Numbered from the stretch's first letter, positions 36,899-50,844 are shown. The stretch is 64,000 nt of DNA from Phyllosticta citribraziliensis (GCF_038025025.1 NW_027117338.1:2604001-2668000), one strand, 5' to 3'. Notes: a model not told the origin generated them from the sequence alone. Numbers and translations: made by a program.

Positions 36899-38734
36899 AT
36901 GGGCAGGATGGACTTTAAGAAGGTCTTTAAGGCCTTGGACTCCCCTGATGGAAACGGGAATGGTACGCAGATGAGTCTCGCCGAGCTCCCCAGTAATCTT
37001 CTCGAGGCCTTCATCCCCGGCTACAGCCTGATCTCGAGATTCGTTCTACTCAATTTTGGGTTCGACGTGGGCATTGTCGTCTCGCTCGGCGTGTTGACTT
37101 GGGCGCTATTTACTTCGGTGCAATACCTGTTCTACCTGGGCTACGGCATATTTGCCAATCATTACATGTCCAGTGTCTACATCGACGACGAGGATGATCT
37201 CTTCCACAAGATTCTCACGTGGGTTGCCAAGCAGCGCATGTCGAAACGCTCCCGTTCGATCAAGGCCGTGAGTCGCAACTCAGGGTCTGGGACCGAGTAC
37301 GAACGAGACCAGAATTCGGCGCTGGACGAGCACGGAATCTTCAACTTTAGCAAGTGGAGCGCCAACATCCCGCCTCGGTATGAGCCATACTATGGGGTGC
37401 ACCATTTCTGGCATCAGGGGCGACTTTTCGTCTTTGATCGATCCCGTCGAGAGGTGCAGCAGACGACAGGCTACATGGCCGCAAAAGATGAGGAGCTTGT
37501 CAAGCTTTCCTGCATCGGCCGTTCAACAGCCCCTATCAGGAATCTGCTGGCTCACATCAAGACTTGGTCCCTCGAGACGGAGACGGCATTGACGAGTATA
37601 CGACGCCCTTCCAACCACGAGCGAGCGAGGTACGCTGGCGTCTGGGACCGTCTTCGTTCCAAGCCTTCTCGTCCCATTGATACTGTGGCACTCGACCCCG
37701 AGCAAAAGAAGCGCATCATCGCCGACATCAACGAATACCTCCATCCCGCCAGCCCGCGGTGGTATGCACGGAGAGGAATCCCGCATCGACGCGGCTACTT
37801 GTTCCACGGCGCTCCAGGCGTCGGCAAAACCAGCCTGGCGTACGCGCTCGCGGGCGTCTTCGGGCTCGAAATCTTCTGCATCTCGCTCCTGGATCCCAGC
37901 CTGACGGAATCGACACTGAATCGCCTCTTTGCCAATCTCCCGCACCGCTGCATCGTACTCCTGGAAGATATCGACTCGGCTGGTCTTACGCGCGACGACA
38001 AAAGTGACGCACCGCTGTCGAACACGCCGTCGACGAAGAAGGAGAAGGGAGAGCTCAGCGCCGAAACCATTGCCAACGCCATCAAGTCGGCGACGGCGGC
38101 CAGCAATCGCAAGGGGCCCAAGCACGGCGATGCATCGGGCGAGCAGGGCGGCATTTCGCTGTCGGGCCTGCTCAACGCGATTGACGGCGTCGCTGCTCAC
38201 GAGGGCCGCGTCCTCATCATGACGACTAATCATCCGGAGAAGCTCGACGATGCTCTCATCCGTCCTGGACGCGTGGATCTGCAGGTGGAGTTTACGCTTG
38301 CGACCAAGGAACAGATTCACGACATATTTGTGCGCATGTACGGGCCGGATGGCGACGAGCCTGCTACTACCGACGGCTCTGCTGCCACCACCAATAGCAA
38401 GAAGACTGCAAACGGAAAGCCAGCAACGGCCTCTTCTCCCACCGATCTCAAGCCCAAGCCCACCACCGCTGCAAACCCCGCGGCCAGCACGCAACCGCCA
38501 TCAAGCACCCACTCGACCCCCTGGGCCCCCGAGCTCCCCGCCGCAGAGCTCCAATCCATGGCACGCACCTTTGCGGCCAAGCTGCCCGAAGGCAAGCTGT
38601 CGCCGGCCGAGGTGCAAAACTTTTTGCTTGCGCGCAAAAAGAACCCCACCCAGGCGCTCGACAATGTGGATGTGTGGTGTGCCGCGCTGCTCGAGGCCAA
38701 GGAGAAGAAGACCAAGGTCTTGAAGGTGCAGTAG
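36899..38734 (+). CDS. BCS1-like AAA ATPase, intronless
   Basis: N-terminal TM and BCS1_N-like region; WYARRGIPHRRGYLFHGAPGVGKTS, IVLLEDID, SLSGLLNAIDGV and MTTNHPEKLDDALIRPGRVD. Confidence 0.92.
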   Translation: MGRMDFKKVFKALDSPDGNGNGTQMSLAELPSNLLEAFIPGYSLISRFVLLNFGFDVGIVVSLGVLTWALFTSVQYLFYLGYGIFANHYMSSVYIDDEDDLFHKILTWVAKQRMSKRSRSIKAVSRNSGSGTEYERDQNSALDEHGIFNFSKWSANIPPRYEPYYGVHHFWHQGRLFVFDRSRREVQQTTGYMAAKDEELVKLSCIGRSTAPIRNLLAHIKTWSLETETALTSIRRPSNHERARYAGVWDRLRSKPSRPIDTVALDPEQKKRIIADINEYLHPASPRWYARRGIPHRRGYLFHGAPGVGKTSLAYALAGVFGLEIFCISLLDPSLTESTLNRLFANLPHRCIVLLEDIDSAGLTRDDKSDAPLSNTPSTKKEKGELSAETIANAIKSATAASNRKGPKHGDASGEQGGISLSGLLNAIDGVAAHEGRVLIMTTNHPEKLDDALIRPGRVDLQVEFTLATKEQIHDIFVRMYGPDGDEPATTDGSAATTNSKKTANGKPATASSPTDLKPKPTTAANPAASTQPPSSTHSTPWAPELPAAELQSMARTFAAKLPEGKLSPAEVQNFLLARKKNPTQALDNVDVWCAALLEAKEKKTKVLKVQ

Positions 38735-39195
38735 TGGCGCTGACGTCGGTGAGCTTAGAAGGCATGTGCGGAAAGGTGAGGGTCATCTTCTAGACGGCAT
38801 AGCGAGTCAGGATATTTGGCGTTTGGGCGGGAAGATATGGGCACTGCATGGTGTGGCAGCAGGCATGATGTTGTAGAGTGGATGATGGTCGTTAATCTAC
38901 ATAATTCGTATTCTCTAATCATCCACCACCTCCCGTCTTTTCGGTAACATCAATCTAAAATTCGAATGCTCGTAGAAAGTGTCCGAAGACATGATAACCT
39001 CCGTTACTGCAGCCGACTCCAGGGGGCATTCGTTCATCGGCTGCGGCATCTTGATCCGGAAACTTTCGTTTTCTCCGACACCCCTTCATGTGTCCAAATT
39101 ACTCGAAGTGCGCTGTCTTTTCTTTCTAAATCTAAACGCAACTTAACAAGCCGAGTTGTCCACCTCTTCGCGTGACGACCCGACAGGAACCTGCC

Positions 39196-41296
39196 TCAAG
39201 GAGTGCTCGCTCTCCCACTCGAACTCTCCCCTATCTCCTCCTCATGCACATTCGCGCTCACCGGCCTCTTCAGTCCCGGTGCCACCGACTCTCCTTCATC
39301 CCCACGATGGTCCTTGAGCCAGCGAGCTCTCGACGTGCGAGGCAAAGTGTCCCTGAGAGCGCCAGCAACAATGTCGCCCTCAAAGAGCAAATGAATGCTC
39401 TCCAGCGGCACATTTTTGGTCTCCGGTACAAGGAACAGCGCGTACACGCACATCAGAATGCAGCACGTGCCGAAGAGCAGGTACGTGCCGTATGTGATGC
39501 GGTCGAGCAGGATGGGCGTGAGCTTGGCGATGACGAAGTTGAAGAGCCATTGCGTCATCAGTGATGCCGCCATGATGAAGGAGCGCACTGTGGGCGCGTT
39601 AGAAATGTGCTGCTTTTGCGCTCGATTGTGTCTTTGGGAGGGGAGAGTGGGTAGGCACAATGACTAACCGTGGTTGGGCGAGCATTCGGAACACAAGATG
39701 AAGGGGACGGGTCCCCAGCCCCCTGAGTAGAATACGACAAACAGGTAAACGCAGACTATGGCGAAAATGTTGTTCCCAGTCAACGAATTCTGACCTGGGT
39801 GGACAGCCTGATTGATTCCGATGTAGTACATGGAAAAGGCCTGGCCAAGTCCTCCGACGATGAGCGACCACTAGATGACGCATTAGTTTTGCGCTGCTGT
39901 TTCTGGGTGCGCATGTTGGATGTGAAGTATTTTCGCGCCTCCCCGTACTCTTCGGTGTGTGTTTGGTGCAAATCCATCATATTAGGCCATGGAGATTTGG
40001 TGATGTTGGTCAAAGGCCTTCCAGGAATTGTGTGCACAGGGACCAATCAATTTGAGGGTAAAAGGAGCGTACCTTTCGCCCAGCTTGCTCAACACCAATA
40101 GCTAACGCAAGTCCTGTGAAGACCACTTTGACAACGCCATAGATTCCGGTGGCGAACAGGGTAGCGTCTGCGCTGCCAAGTCCGATGTTCTTGAAAATCT
40201 GCGGACTGTAGTAATTCTGTTCCTTCTATTAGCAAACCAGGTTCCAGATGTGGGTACTCAAGCACTGACAATGCTATTCGTGCCGGTTGCCTGTTGCCAG
40301 AACATGAGAGATACGGCCAAGCAAGTCCGGAACAGGGTGCTCTTGCTTTCACACAAGGCCGCCCGCATCTGCGCGAACAGTGACAACTTGTCGCGACCAC
40401 GAAAGTCGGCAAGAATCTGCTCGTATTCGAGCTCGACGCTGGCGTCGTCTTCGTCCCGGCCTCGGACAAAGGCGAGCGCCTTTTTGGCCTCTGCGAACCG
40501 GTCCTTTTCAACCAGCCACCGCGGAGACTCGTTTTCGAAGATCATTCCCACGAGGAGGAAGAGTCCAGGCAGCATCTGGAGCGCGAACGGTATGCGCCAT
40601 GCTGCTGAATCTGTCGGGTCTTTTCTGTCTTTTGAGATACCGTAGTTGACAAAGTAGGCTACCATGATCCCAGTTACGTTGAAGAGTTGCATGCTGGTGT
40701 CCGGTCAACACTGTCACTTTACGTCTGATTCAGGGCTTGGTCACTTACGTCCCAATACACCTGCCTCTGATCTCTTTGTTGGCGTTTTCGCCAATGTACG
40801 CTGGGACGATTGCTGAAATGAGTCCAACGCCAAAGCCTCCGATGAATCGTCCAACGTAGAGCTGAGCCAAACTAGTCGTCCCTATGGCACAGCATGTCTG
40901 GATCACCGAGCCGATCAGGAAAACAAGGTCCGCAAGGATAAGTGACCATCTCCGGCCGCTAATCTTGTGTCAGCTCAACGACGACAACAGTGTCTCCAAG
41001 AAGAATACGTACACTTTATCGCTCAGCCAGAAAGACGCGGCGGCGCCAAAAAAGCAACCGCCTTGTAGCACGGAAACAATGTTTCCTTGCAAATTGTCAA
41101 AGTCTTTGCTGTCTGGATCCAAACCAAACGACTGCTGAAACGCCTTCATGGTGAGCACGCCGCCAATCAGCCCGGTGTCCCAGCCGAAGAGCATGCCGCC
41201 AAACGAGGCGATAGCAGTAAGCGTATATGCGCGACGATATTCCTTGATGTCATGCCATGCCGCAGCCAAACGGCCGCGAGGGGTCCCGGCGCCCAT
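39196..41296 (-). CDS. MFS sugar-porter family transporter (quinate permease-like), about 6 exons
   Basis: FGGMLFGWDTG, GRFIGGFGVG, ESPRWL, QQATGTNSINYYSP, GWGPVP...SE and VPETKNVPLE. GT-AG introns, including one of about 200 nt. Confidence 0.92.
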
Positions 41297-41993
41297 GATG
41301 TTGATGTATCCGGATCGTTCAGGAAAAGCCGGCCGTCGTCGACGAGGCCTTCCTAGCAGGGCGACGGCGGCGTCAAATATCACGGACATGCTGAGTGACC
41401 ATGACCCCCACGGCCTGCTGTCGGTGATGGAAACAGGAAATGTGACCTCAGTCTAGTGCCGGGGGCACGAGCCGGGGTCGAGCTTGACGCGGGTTGTTTC
41501 TGTCCGGGGTGCGGGGTCGGCCCGCCATTGGTGGAGGAACAAGCCTGGAGACATGGCGATCCCCCCACAGCGTCTGGAGTACGACGATGCATGGAGAGAG
41601 TTCGGGGTTAGGCGGGCCCTCACATGTCACCTCATGTTGGAAGCGAAGGCGCGATGCAGTCGGGGTTTGGCGATGCGTCTGCTTTGAAATTCCAGTCTCT
41701 ACAAGGAACCCGGTCGTGGTCTATATGTTGAAAATGATGGACAGCGACTGACGTTGAGACATCTATCCATCTTCACATGAGCCAGAGCTAACTCTAAACA
41801 GTCTCTAGCCGAAAGGAGAAATAAAAGGCGTGGCATTCTCTGCTCACCGGCTTGGTGCCAATTTGGGCCCACCGCCTCTGCCTTAGACCCACTCGCAAGA
41901 TATCCGCGTCAGCCTCCAACATGCAAAAGGGCCGTCGGTGCTCGATCAAATGCCGACCAATGCCGACCGGCACATGTTCGTGGTCACTGAAAT

Positions 41994-43780
41994 CTAAATG
42001 TACTTGTATGGGTTCATGATGCCCTTCTGTCAAGTTGTCAGCAAAATCCTTCGCAATGCTACCTGGCAAACTTACGGGATCAAAGAGATCCTTGATTTGC
42101 TTCATGAGCTTGATCATGGTCTCGCTCCGGCTGTATCCAATGTATGGCTTCTTTGTCACACCCAGACCGTGCTCAGCACTGATGCTGCCATTCCTCTTGG
42201 CTACCCACTCGTACACAAAAGGCTCGAGCTCCTTCTCGACGCGCTTGTCGAAGCTTCGAGTCGGGACGTTCAAGTGGAGGTTGCCGTCTCCCATGTGTCC
42301 ATACCCAACGACATCCACAACAGGGTATTCATCCGTGTCGCCAATGAGGCCAGCCTTTGTCAAGCGCTCTCGAGTGTCGTCGACAAGCTGGTAAAGCTCG
42401 TCGAGCGGAATGGATAGATCGTACTTGTACACGCCTCCCCAGTGGCCAAGACACTCTGTGATTCCTTCACGGCATGACCAGAGTTCTGCTACTTGAGTTT
42501 GGTCCTGAGCCAGGACTCCGTCCTGCACAATCTCCTCGCCCATGACGTGTTCCAAGAAGCTGGACAGCTTGTCGCTGTCGTGATCCGAGTTTGAGCCCTT
42601 GGTTTCAATCAGGCAGTAAAATGGGTACTCCCCCTCCAGAGGCAACTTCTTGTCGACAGCCTTTTGCATGATCTTTTGCGATCGGCCATCCATGAGCTCA
42701 AACGCAGACAAAATCTCCGAGAGCTGGCTCCTGGCTTCACGGAATGCCAATTGGCACTTCTCGTAGCTTTCCAGTCCAAAGTAGGCCACGTTGACTGCCG
42801 GCGACTGCTGTGGGCACATGATTGATACTGCCGTGATGACACCCAAAGTACCCTCGCCGCCAATGAGCAGCTGCTTCAAGTCGTAGCCAGTGTTGTTTTT
42901 GCGCAGCTTGGAGAGGTCATCGAAGACGGTGCCATCGGGAAGGACGGCCTCCAGGCCCAGCACAGTGCCGTGCAAGCTGCCATATCTGAGAAGTCTCAGA
43001 CCACCCGCATTGGTCGCCACATTTCCGCCAATGTGACAAGAACCCTTTGCGCCGAGATCCAACGGGAAGACGTAGCCCTTTTCTTGCAAAAAGTTGTCTG
43101 CCACCTCCAGTATCACTCCGGCGTCGGCCACGAGAATACCAGACGTTTCATCAAAGGACCGTATCTGGTTCATCCTGGACATGTTCAAAACAATCTCGTC
43201 GAACACGGGCACAGAGCCACCGACCAAGCCCGTGTTGCCTCCCTGGGGCACAACTGCCAGCGAGTTGTCGTTGCAGTACTTGAGGATCTTGCTCACTTCC
43301 TCCGTCGACCCGGGCTTGAGAACTAGCTTGGTGTGGCCTCGGAATTTGCGCATCCAGTCGCTGTTGAACGGTTCGAGATCCTCGGCGACATCGGCCGTAA
43401 CTCCGTCGATGACTGCGGATTCGGAGCCCAGCAATTCCTTGAAGTACTTGACGTGGTCTGGAGTGATGTCGGCAAAGTTTGGGTTGCGCTTCAATTGAGG
43501 ATACCTGCATGTTTCTTAGCACATCTATCTACTCGGTCAATTTTGGCTTTGTCTGGGGAACGCAATACGATTCGGTGGTAAACTTGATAGTCTTGGGACT
43601 GGCAGTCTTGCCTTTGACTCCGCCCTGGGCATCTGGCTGATGAGGCTCACTTGTCGCAGAGGTGGTACCGGTCCAGCGAGCTTGAGTGGCGGGGCGTAGT
43701 CGAGCCACTCGGTGGATGGGGGCGTTTGAGCACCTTGCTCTGCGTAGCGCGGAGCCTGCTATTCTTGCGCTGGAAGCCAT
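41994..43780 (-). CDS. DLD2: Mitochondrial FAD-linked D-2-hydroxyglutarate/D-lactate dehydrogenase, 3 exons
   Basis: Arg-rich presequence; VPQGGNTGLVGGS, DLGAKGSCHIGGNVATNAGG, LRKNNTGYDLK, GHMGDGNLH and SISAEHGLG. Last intron 42075-42027 gives FDPKGIMNPYKYI. Confidence 0.94.
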
Positions 43781-44116
43781 AATGTGTTAGACCAAAAAAC
43801 CGCCCAAAAGCAAAGACAAGAATGGAGACAGCGAAGAAAAGATGCGAGCAATTGGCGACAGCGGGGTGCGGAGAAACGGCGAGAGACCGAGGCGTCGCGA
43901 TTGCGACAGAAAAGATGCCATGGAGCTTTGACCGCCTTTGGCGTTCCGCGGTGCAGGCAGGCAGCGCCAGACGACGCGGCTGGAGCTCTCCGCCAACAAC
44001 TCTACCTTCATATCCGTTCGATCTCCGACTACTACCTCCTCAACCCCGCCTTTTGCTCTAGTACCTCTAGAGCATCGCCTTGACACCCGTTAGACGAAAA
44101 TCACCGACCTACCGGA

Positions 44117-45030
44117 ATGGCTTCTGGCTACGACAGAGCGTTGTCCGGTAAGCTTCGCCTCAAGACCACCAGCGCTCGGCCCTAGCTAATAGCTCTCCAC
44201 CAGTCTTCAGCCCCGACGGACACGTCTTCCAGGTCGAATATGCCCTCGAAGCCGTCAAGCGCGGTACCTGTGCTGTGGCTGTCAAGGGCAAGGACGTCGT
44301 CGTCCTCGGATGCGAGAAGCGCTCTGCCATGAAGCTCCAGGACACCCGCATCACGCCCTCCAAGATTTGCCTTGTGGACAACCACGTCGCCCTCGCCTTT
44401 GCTGGCCTCAACGCTGATGCGCGTATTCTCGTCGACAAGGCCCGGTTAGAAGCACAGTCACACCGTCTTACCGTGGAGGACCCTGTCTCGATAGAATACA
44501 TCACCAAGTACGTCGCCGGAGTTCAGCAGCGGTACACTCAGAGCGGCGGTGTCAGGCCCTTTGGCATCAGCACCCTCATCGTGGGCTTTGACCCCAACGA
44601 CAAGACACCACGTCTGTACCAGACGGAGCCCTCGGGCATCTACTCTGCATGGTAGGCCGTTCCACATGAGATGATCCAGGCAAACTGCTCACCCCCGCAT
44701 AGGAAGGCAAACGCGATTGGAAGGTCGAGCAAGACGGTCAGGGAGTTCCTCGAGCGCAACCACAAGGATGACATGGACAGGGAGGAGACGATCAAGCTTA
44801 CCGTCAAATCGTTGCTCGAGGTTGTTCAAACGGGTGCCAAGAACATTGAAATTGCAATCATGGCTCCCGGCAAGGCGCTCGAGCTGCTGCCAGTGGAGGA
44901 CATTGAGAAGTACGTCGAGAGCATCAACACGGAGAAGCAGGAGGAGGCGGCTACGAGGAGAGGAGGCAGAACCCCTGGCACTGGCACCGCGGCCATCTTG
45001 ACGCGTGCCCCTGGCGAGGGCAGCTCTTGA
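44117..45030 (+). CDS. PRE6: 20S proteasome subunit alpha-4, 3 exons
   Basis: [42 protein letters not shown] and [18 protein letters not shown]. Introns 44148-44203 and 44652-44702. Confidence 0.96.
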
Positions 45031-45275
45031 TCTGGCAGCTCCCATGTGGGTTGAAAGCAGAGACGGCGCATTGCATTGGGAGTCCAGGAGACGTGAGGGG
45101 GGCAAGACTTGCTCAAAATGCACGGTACTCGGATACTGGTAGAAATAAACACCAAGGCCCTTTGAACGGATTCCGCGTGGTTTTGCGATTATCAAACCGT
45201 AGACTGCTAATGTCTTGATATCTCCAAATGAGTAACGCCATGCCATGCAATGTATGTAGTCGATCACCCCGCCGT

Positions 45276-45767
45276 TTATCCCAGCCGGTCCGACACGTTG
45301 ATATCCCATATGGACCTGATGTCGTGTCTCTCGACGCGTTCGTCCTTGAGCATTCTGCGTAGAAAGTCAGCGGGGGCGCCGTTTGCGCGGGCAGATGCGT
45401 CGTCCTCACCTGGCATCCTTTCTCACGTCCTCGCCCTCAACCTCGAGCCGGGGTTCAGGGACCTTGGCCTCGATGACAAAGTGGTTGTCGCAATGGGGGC
45501 AGTACTCGTCGCTGTCCTCAAACTCCTCGGCGTTCTTGCGGAAGCACTTCTTGCACTTTTTGCAGGCAAAGACCATCTCGGTGGTCTTGAGGAGGTCGTG
45601 GTCCTGGGACTCGGCGTGGCACTCGGCGCAGTCGAACCACTTGCGGCAGCAGGCGCTGCGGATGGCAACCTGGGCGTTGAGGATGTGCTTGCTGCAGACA
45701 GACAGGGTCAGCGGCGTTGCAGGCGCACGAGGACGAGAGCAAGGACGAGGGTGGCGGCGTACCACAT
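45276..45767 (-). CDS. Small CHY zinc-finger protein, 3 exons
   Basis: MC|KHILNAQVAIRSACCRKWFDCAECH...FACKKCKKCF...YCPHCDNHF. The first coding exon is ATGTG. Confidence 0.88.
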
Positions 45768-46484
45768 GGCGGTCGCGAGGAGCGGGTTCTTGTTGGGCGG
45801 TGTTGGTGTCGTGCCGTGGGGAGGTTCAGATGCAGACTGGATGCAGGAGGACCTGATGGCTCAAAGGCGGCGAGTCAGGGCGGCGTGCGAATTAAGATGA
45901 CATCGTGTCTGGGGAAAACCAAGCCCAGCACCAGCACCTCACCCACCTGCACTGCACTGCACTGCTGCCCCATCGCCTCTCAACCTCACCTCGTCACCAC
46001 TACAGTACCTCTCATCCGACAACCACCACTGCTCCTCGACCGCCCTTCTGCATGGCCCGCCACGCCTGCGCAACCACGTCCATCTCTGCTCGCCGCCCCC
46101 GTCCTCCGCACGCCCGCCTCACCGTCCTCTCCCGCGCCCGTTGCTCCACCCGCTCGCAGGGGGCCTGTCCTGCTGCTGCTGCTGCAAGCCCCTCCATCCC
46201 CGGCTGAACCTCCAGCCAGCGCCGCATGTCCATGGCACTTTGCTCTCACTCCGCGTAGCACCAAGTCGTCCCCAACCTCCGCCGCCCTTTGCTCTCGCTC
46301 CTCGTCCCGACAGAGCTTCCCGCGCTGGGTATGCTGTGGGACCTGGTTCGTTTAAGCTTAATACCACTTGGCCCATAAATCGCCTCATAATCGGCGCTCC
46401 GCCGCTAGCTGCGAGGGAGTGGCATGAAGCCGTGGTCTAGAGATTGCCAGGGTTGCAGTGCTTTGATTTGTTGCATTCGCGGCC

Positions 46485-49400
46485 ATGGACAAAAGCTCAG
46501 GGAAGGAGAGCACTGATGGCTCCTCCATCGTACGTCTACATCCCGTTTGCCCATGGAGCTCAAGTTGACAACCATTCCGCAGAAGCCCGTTTCGTCCCTG
46601 CGCAGCCACTTCGAGAAGATGCTGAACGACCAATCCGCGTCAGACAACAATCCTGATCCCAGACCCCCACGGCTGTCGCGTCCGAGCTTGGGCAACATTT
46701 TCGACAAGGCAGAAGAGCCCCGATCCCGCAACGATGGACGCATCTCCTTAGACCTGCCGCGCCCCAATGCCAACGGCATCAGGAGCACCTCGCCAAAAGG
46801 CATCTACGCGCCTCAACGCACTCCGGAGACGAGGGCAGTGGAGACTAGGAACAATGCTCAGAGGCCGATTTCCATGTACCAGCTTTCACCACAAAGCTCT
46901 CCGCCGAGATCCCCAACGAGGTCGCCGCCGCTCGTTACAGTCAACTCGCCTGGGTCGCCCGCTAAGCTCGTCGACTCCCAAGCGGCTTCTCCGACTTTTC
47001 GAATCTCTCCTCAGCCCACTTCCTCTTCTGTGTCACAGTCGGGGTCACCCCCTAGCAATGGCCTTAGGAATTTCCCCGTGCAAAGTAGAGCCACAACGCC
47101 CGCAATGGAAGCACGCCAAGTGCCGTTTCTGCAGGCTTCGGGCAGGCCAACACCGAGTCCGGATCCCGTGAAGCCACCCACGTTGATACCAGACCGAGAT
47201 CTCGGTGGTCGAAGTCCATCCGTTGCCTCAAGCTCCGGCATTCCGCCACCCATAAATCGCGCCGGAAAGCCAAAGCTGCCAACGAAACCGGCATCCTTCT
47301 CGTCAGGCGGCGTGACGAGAGCATCTTTGGTCCCAGAAGGCGGAAATATATCAGCGGAGGAACGCATATCCCCGTTTAGCACACCTCCAAGTAGCGACGA
47401 AAGTGGTTTCCGATCTCCATCTCCTCCAACCTCGCATCCCCAGGCTCCCCAAGCCGTTTCTTCAAGTGCTCCTGCACCCAAGCGCGAGAGCTTCTTGCAT
47501 CAGCCGCCATATGCACGCCAGCGCCCGGAGCACAAATTCAAAGCCACTTCCAACGACTTTGGCTCATTATCAAACCGCAGCGATGCCCACATATCAGCTG
47601 GGGAGGGAAGCGACTCACAGAGCGAACGCCCAGGTCTGCCGCCGAGACGGGGTGGTGACATTCGGAAATCGAAGCCTCCTCCGCCAGAACCGCCTCCTGC
47701 TAGAAGGTCCATGGATACCACGAGGACGTCTTCCGCATTCGATTACCATAGATCATCATCCGTGAATGCACCACCAAGGCGCACCCTGACCGTGGGGTCT
47801 ACGTCCTCATCACCAGCACCCAACGGTCAACACGCTGTGGCTCAAAAGCAACAAATTCCCATGACTGGCTCCAAACAGATCCAGTCACAGAGATTCAGCG
47901 CATTGTATTCGAACGACTCTGACGATGCGGAAGGCACCGCCGAAAAGCCGGCCTTGACCTTGACAGAGTACCCGGACCCATCGCAAGCCAATCGAAGGCC
48001 GCCGGTTTTTAGACAACGGCCCAGGGAGATCGAAATCGGATATGACACGAAGCTCTTCGCCGTCTGCGGCGAGTTTGTTTGCACGGCTGGCTACCTTACC
48101 CGTGCATGGAATCTGGTGACAGGCGAGCTGCTCTTAAACACAAGTCTGGGGGAGACTTCAAAAATGACTGCCGTTTGCTTCCGACCCTCAACCGATGTCG
48201 GAAAGGAGGGTAGCATGGTGTGGTTAGGCAACGAAAAGGGGGAATTGTTCGAGCTAGACATTCCCACGGGAACCATCACGGCCGATAAGAGGAACGCGCA
48301 CTCGGGCAAAATTGTCAAGATTTACCGCTATGCGGCGGAGATGTGGACCCTGGACGAAGACGGAAAGGTGGCGATATGGCCACCTGACGAATCTGGGTCT
48401 CCTACTTTACAACAAACCCCCAGCAGTTTCCGAGTCCCAAAGAATCAAACGTGCTCAATAGTGGTTGGGAACAAGCTGTGGGTGGCCACCGGCAAAGATA
48501 TCCGCGTTTTCGAGCGCAACACGGATTTCGCTGGCTTTACCCAGGTTCTCACCCAGCCGCTGACAAACGCCAACGCTGGAGAGGTCACATCTGCCGCCAT
48601 GATACCCAGCCAACCGGATCGAGTGTACTTTGGGCACAACGACGGCAAGGTTACGGTCTATTCTCGAAAGGACTACAGCTGTTACGGCACCATCAACGTG
48701 AGCGTCTACAAGATTAGTTGTCTGGCGGGGGCTGGTGATCATCTATGGGCCGGTTACAACACGGGCATGATATATGTCTATGACACAACGACAACCCCTT
48801 GGAAGGTGAAGAAGGACTGGCACGCCCATCAAAACACAATTTTTGGCATCATGACCGACCGGACTAGTCTGTGGAAGATGGACCGTCTACAAGTCGTATC
48901 GCTGGGTGCTGACAACGTCATAAAGCTGTGGGACGGCTTAATGAAAGACGACTGGATCGAGTCGAATATGCAAGAGCATGACGTGGACTTCTGCGAGTTT
49001 CGAGAAATCACAGCGACGGTCATGACGTGGAACGCAGGAGCCTCGAAGCCCACAAGTCTGAAGATCAATCAGCAAGATGGAAACTTCTTCCGGGAATTGT
49101 TGAGGCCCGACGAACCTTCCGATATTTATGTGTTTGGATTTCAGGAGCTGGTCGACTTGGAAGACAAGAAGGTCACAGCCAGTGAGTAATGATCTGACTT
49201 GCAGAAAATATTGGATGCTGACAAGCCCCTGTAGAAAGCTTCTTCAAAAGCAGCAAAAAGAAGGACGCCTCGGAACAAGAGCATATGAGCCGTCAATATC
49301 GGGCATGGCGAGATCACCTCACCAGATGCCTTGATGACTATTTGCCAGGCGAGCGGTATACTCTCCTGCACACAGCCAACCTTGTAGGCCTTTTCACGTG

Positions 49401-50339
49401 CATCTATGTCAAGGAGTCGGAGCGGCTCCGCATACGGGATATAAATGCCGCTGAAGTCAAGCTCGGTATGCATGGGCTGCACGGCAACAAGGTGAGAAAG
49501 AAGAACCTCTGATCCGGCCGCAAAATCCATTTACTGACGACGACTAGGGAGCGCTAATAGTCCGGTTTCTGCTCGACGACAGTTCGTTGTGTTTTATCAA
49601 TTGCCATCTCGCTGCTGGTCAGACTCAGACGGCCCATCGCAACAACGATGCTGCAGCCATCATTCAGACACCCTCGCTCCCGGCGCAGACGGACCCAGAA
49701 GAGCGCGCCTACAATTTCATGCCCGGAGGAGACGGGTCGATGATCCTTGACCACGAAATCTGCATTCTGAATGGAGATTTGAACTACCGCATCGACACAA
49801 TGACACGCGACGCCGTGATCAAGTGCATCAACGAGGGTAACCTCACACGACTCCTCGAACGCGACCAGCTTCTCCTCTCCAAGAGACGGCACCCGGGCTT
49901 TCGATTACGGCCGTTCAATGAGTGCCCGATTACTTTTGCGCCAACATACAAGTACGACGTAGGAACAGACTCCTATGACACTAGCGAGAAGAAGCGGTCG
50001 CCAGCGTGGTGTGATCGTCTGCTGTACCGTGGAGTAGGGCGCATCAAGCAAACCGAGTATCGCAGGCACGAGGTTCGCGTGTCGGACCACCGGCCAGTCA
50101 GTGGCAGGTTCAAGATCCGGATCAAGACGGTCGTCGAGAGGAGACGCCTAAGAGTGCGGGAAGAAAGCGAGCTGAGGTTCGACGCGACGAAGCAGCGAAT
50201 AGCGACGGACATCAAGTGAGTAGAGTTATGGGGGATATGGCAGCATTCGATTTGGTACTGACAGTGAGCCAGGCTCGATTACCTAGTCAACGTGTTTGGG
50301 TTGTCCAACAAGGACGCGCTGAAGCTCTTGAAGCTGTAG
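46485..50339 (+). CDS. Inositol polyphosphate 5-phosphatase with Pro-rich N-terminus and WD40-like region, about 5 exons
   Basis: MTWNAG, YVFGFQELVDL, GNKGA, FINCHLAAG, GDLNYRI and PTYKYD...PAWCDRLL. Introns about 46530-46582, 49182-49234, 49492-49547, 50216-50272. Confidence 0.93.
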
Positions 50340-50844
50340 GGAGAGAAGGGATGTGTCGTCTCTATGCTCATTAAGGCCGTAAGGCGGTACCTGGGCCTGG
50401 CTTTTTGCGGTCGTTCTCGGGCGTTGGCATGCAGACGCGCGGAAATGGGGTGGGACAGCGTGTACAGGCGTCACGGTGTTTCTCAAACAGTAGATGCATG
50501 TGCGTGACCAGGCGTCGCGTGCTTCGAGGTGGCCCAGATCTGAGCAGCTGTGGAGATCTGGGACCCGGTCGTTCTATGATGGAGAATGACGTCAGGCAGT
50601 GCGATCAGGGCAGATTCCCATGCCCCCGACTGCAATTGCCATGCAACCAAGGGATCAATTGATGCACCTTTTGGCCCTCGGATTCTTACGTCTTTCTTGG
50701 TCGATCTTTTTTAACATTTCTCTGTGCCGCTAGCTTGGTCCGTCAATGGTCCGCCACTCTCGATCAAATCCTCTGCGCTCTCAACGCTTCATTGCCACCA
50801 CACACCGGCACTCCACCTGTTGACTCTTCACTGTTACAGCTACA

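Noticed and set aside
37523..38494. 323-aa antisense ORF, and similar antisense ORFs over SSL2, FAL1 and others
   Set aside because: Antisense shadows of GC3-biased real genes.
41794..41993. Extended C-terminus of the 566-aa DLD2 ORF
   Set aside because: Read-through of intron 42075-42027; splicing restores the conserved FDPKGIMNPYK end.
43781..44116. Rpn4/PACE element upstream of PRE6
   Set aside because: No GGTGGCAAA-like match seen on either strand.
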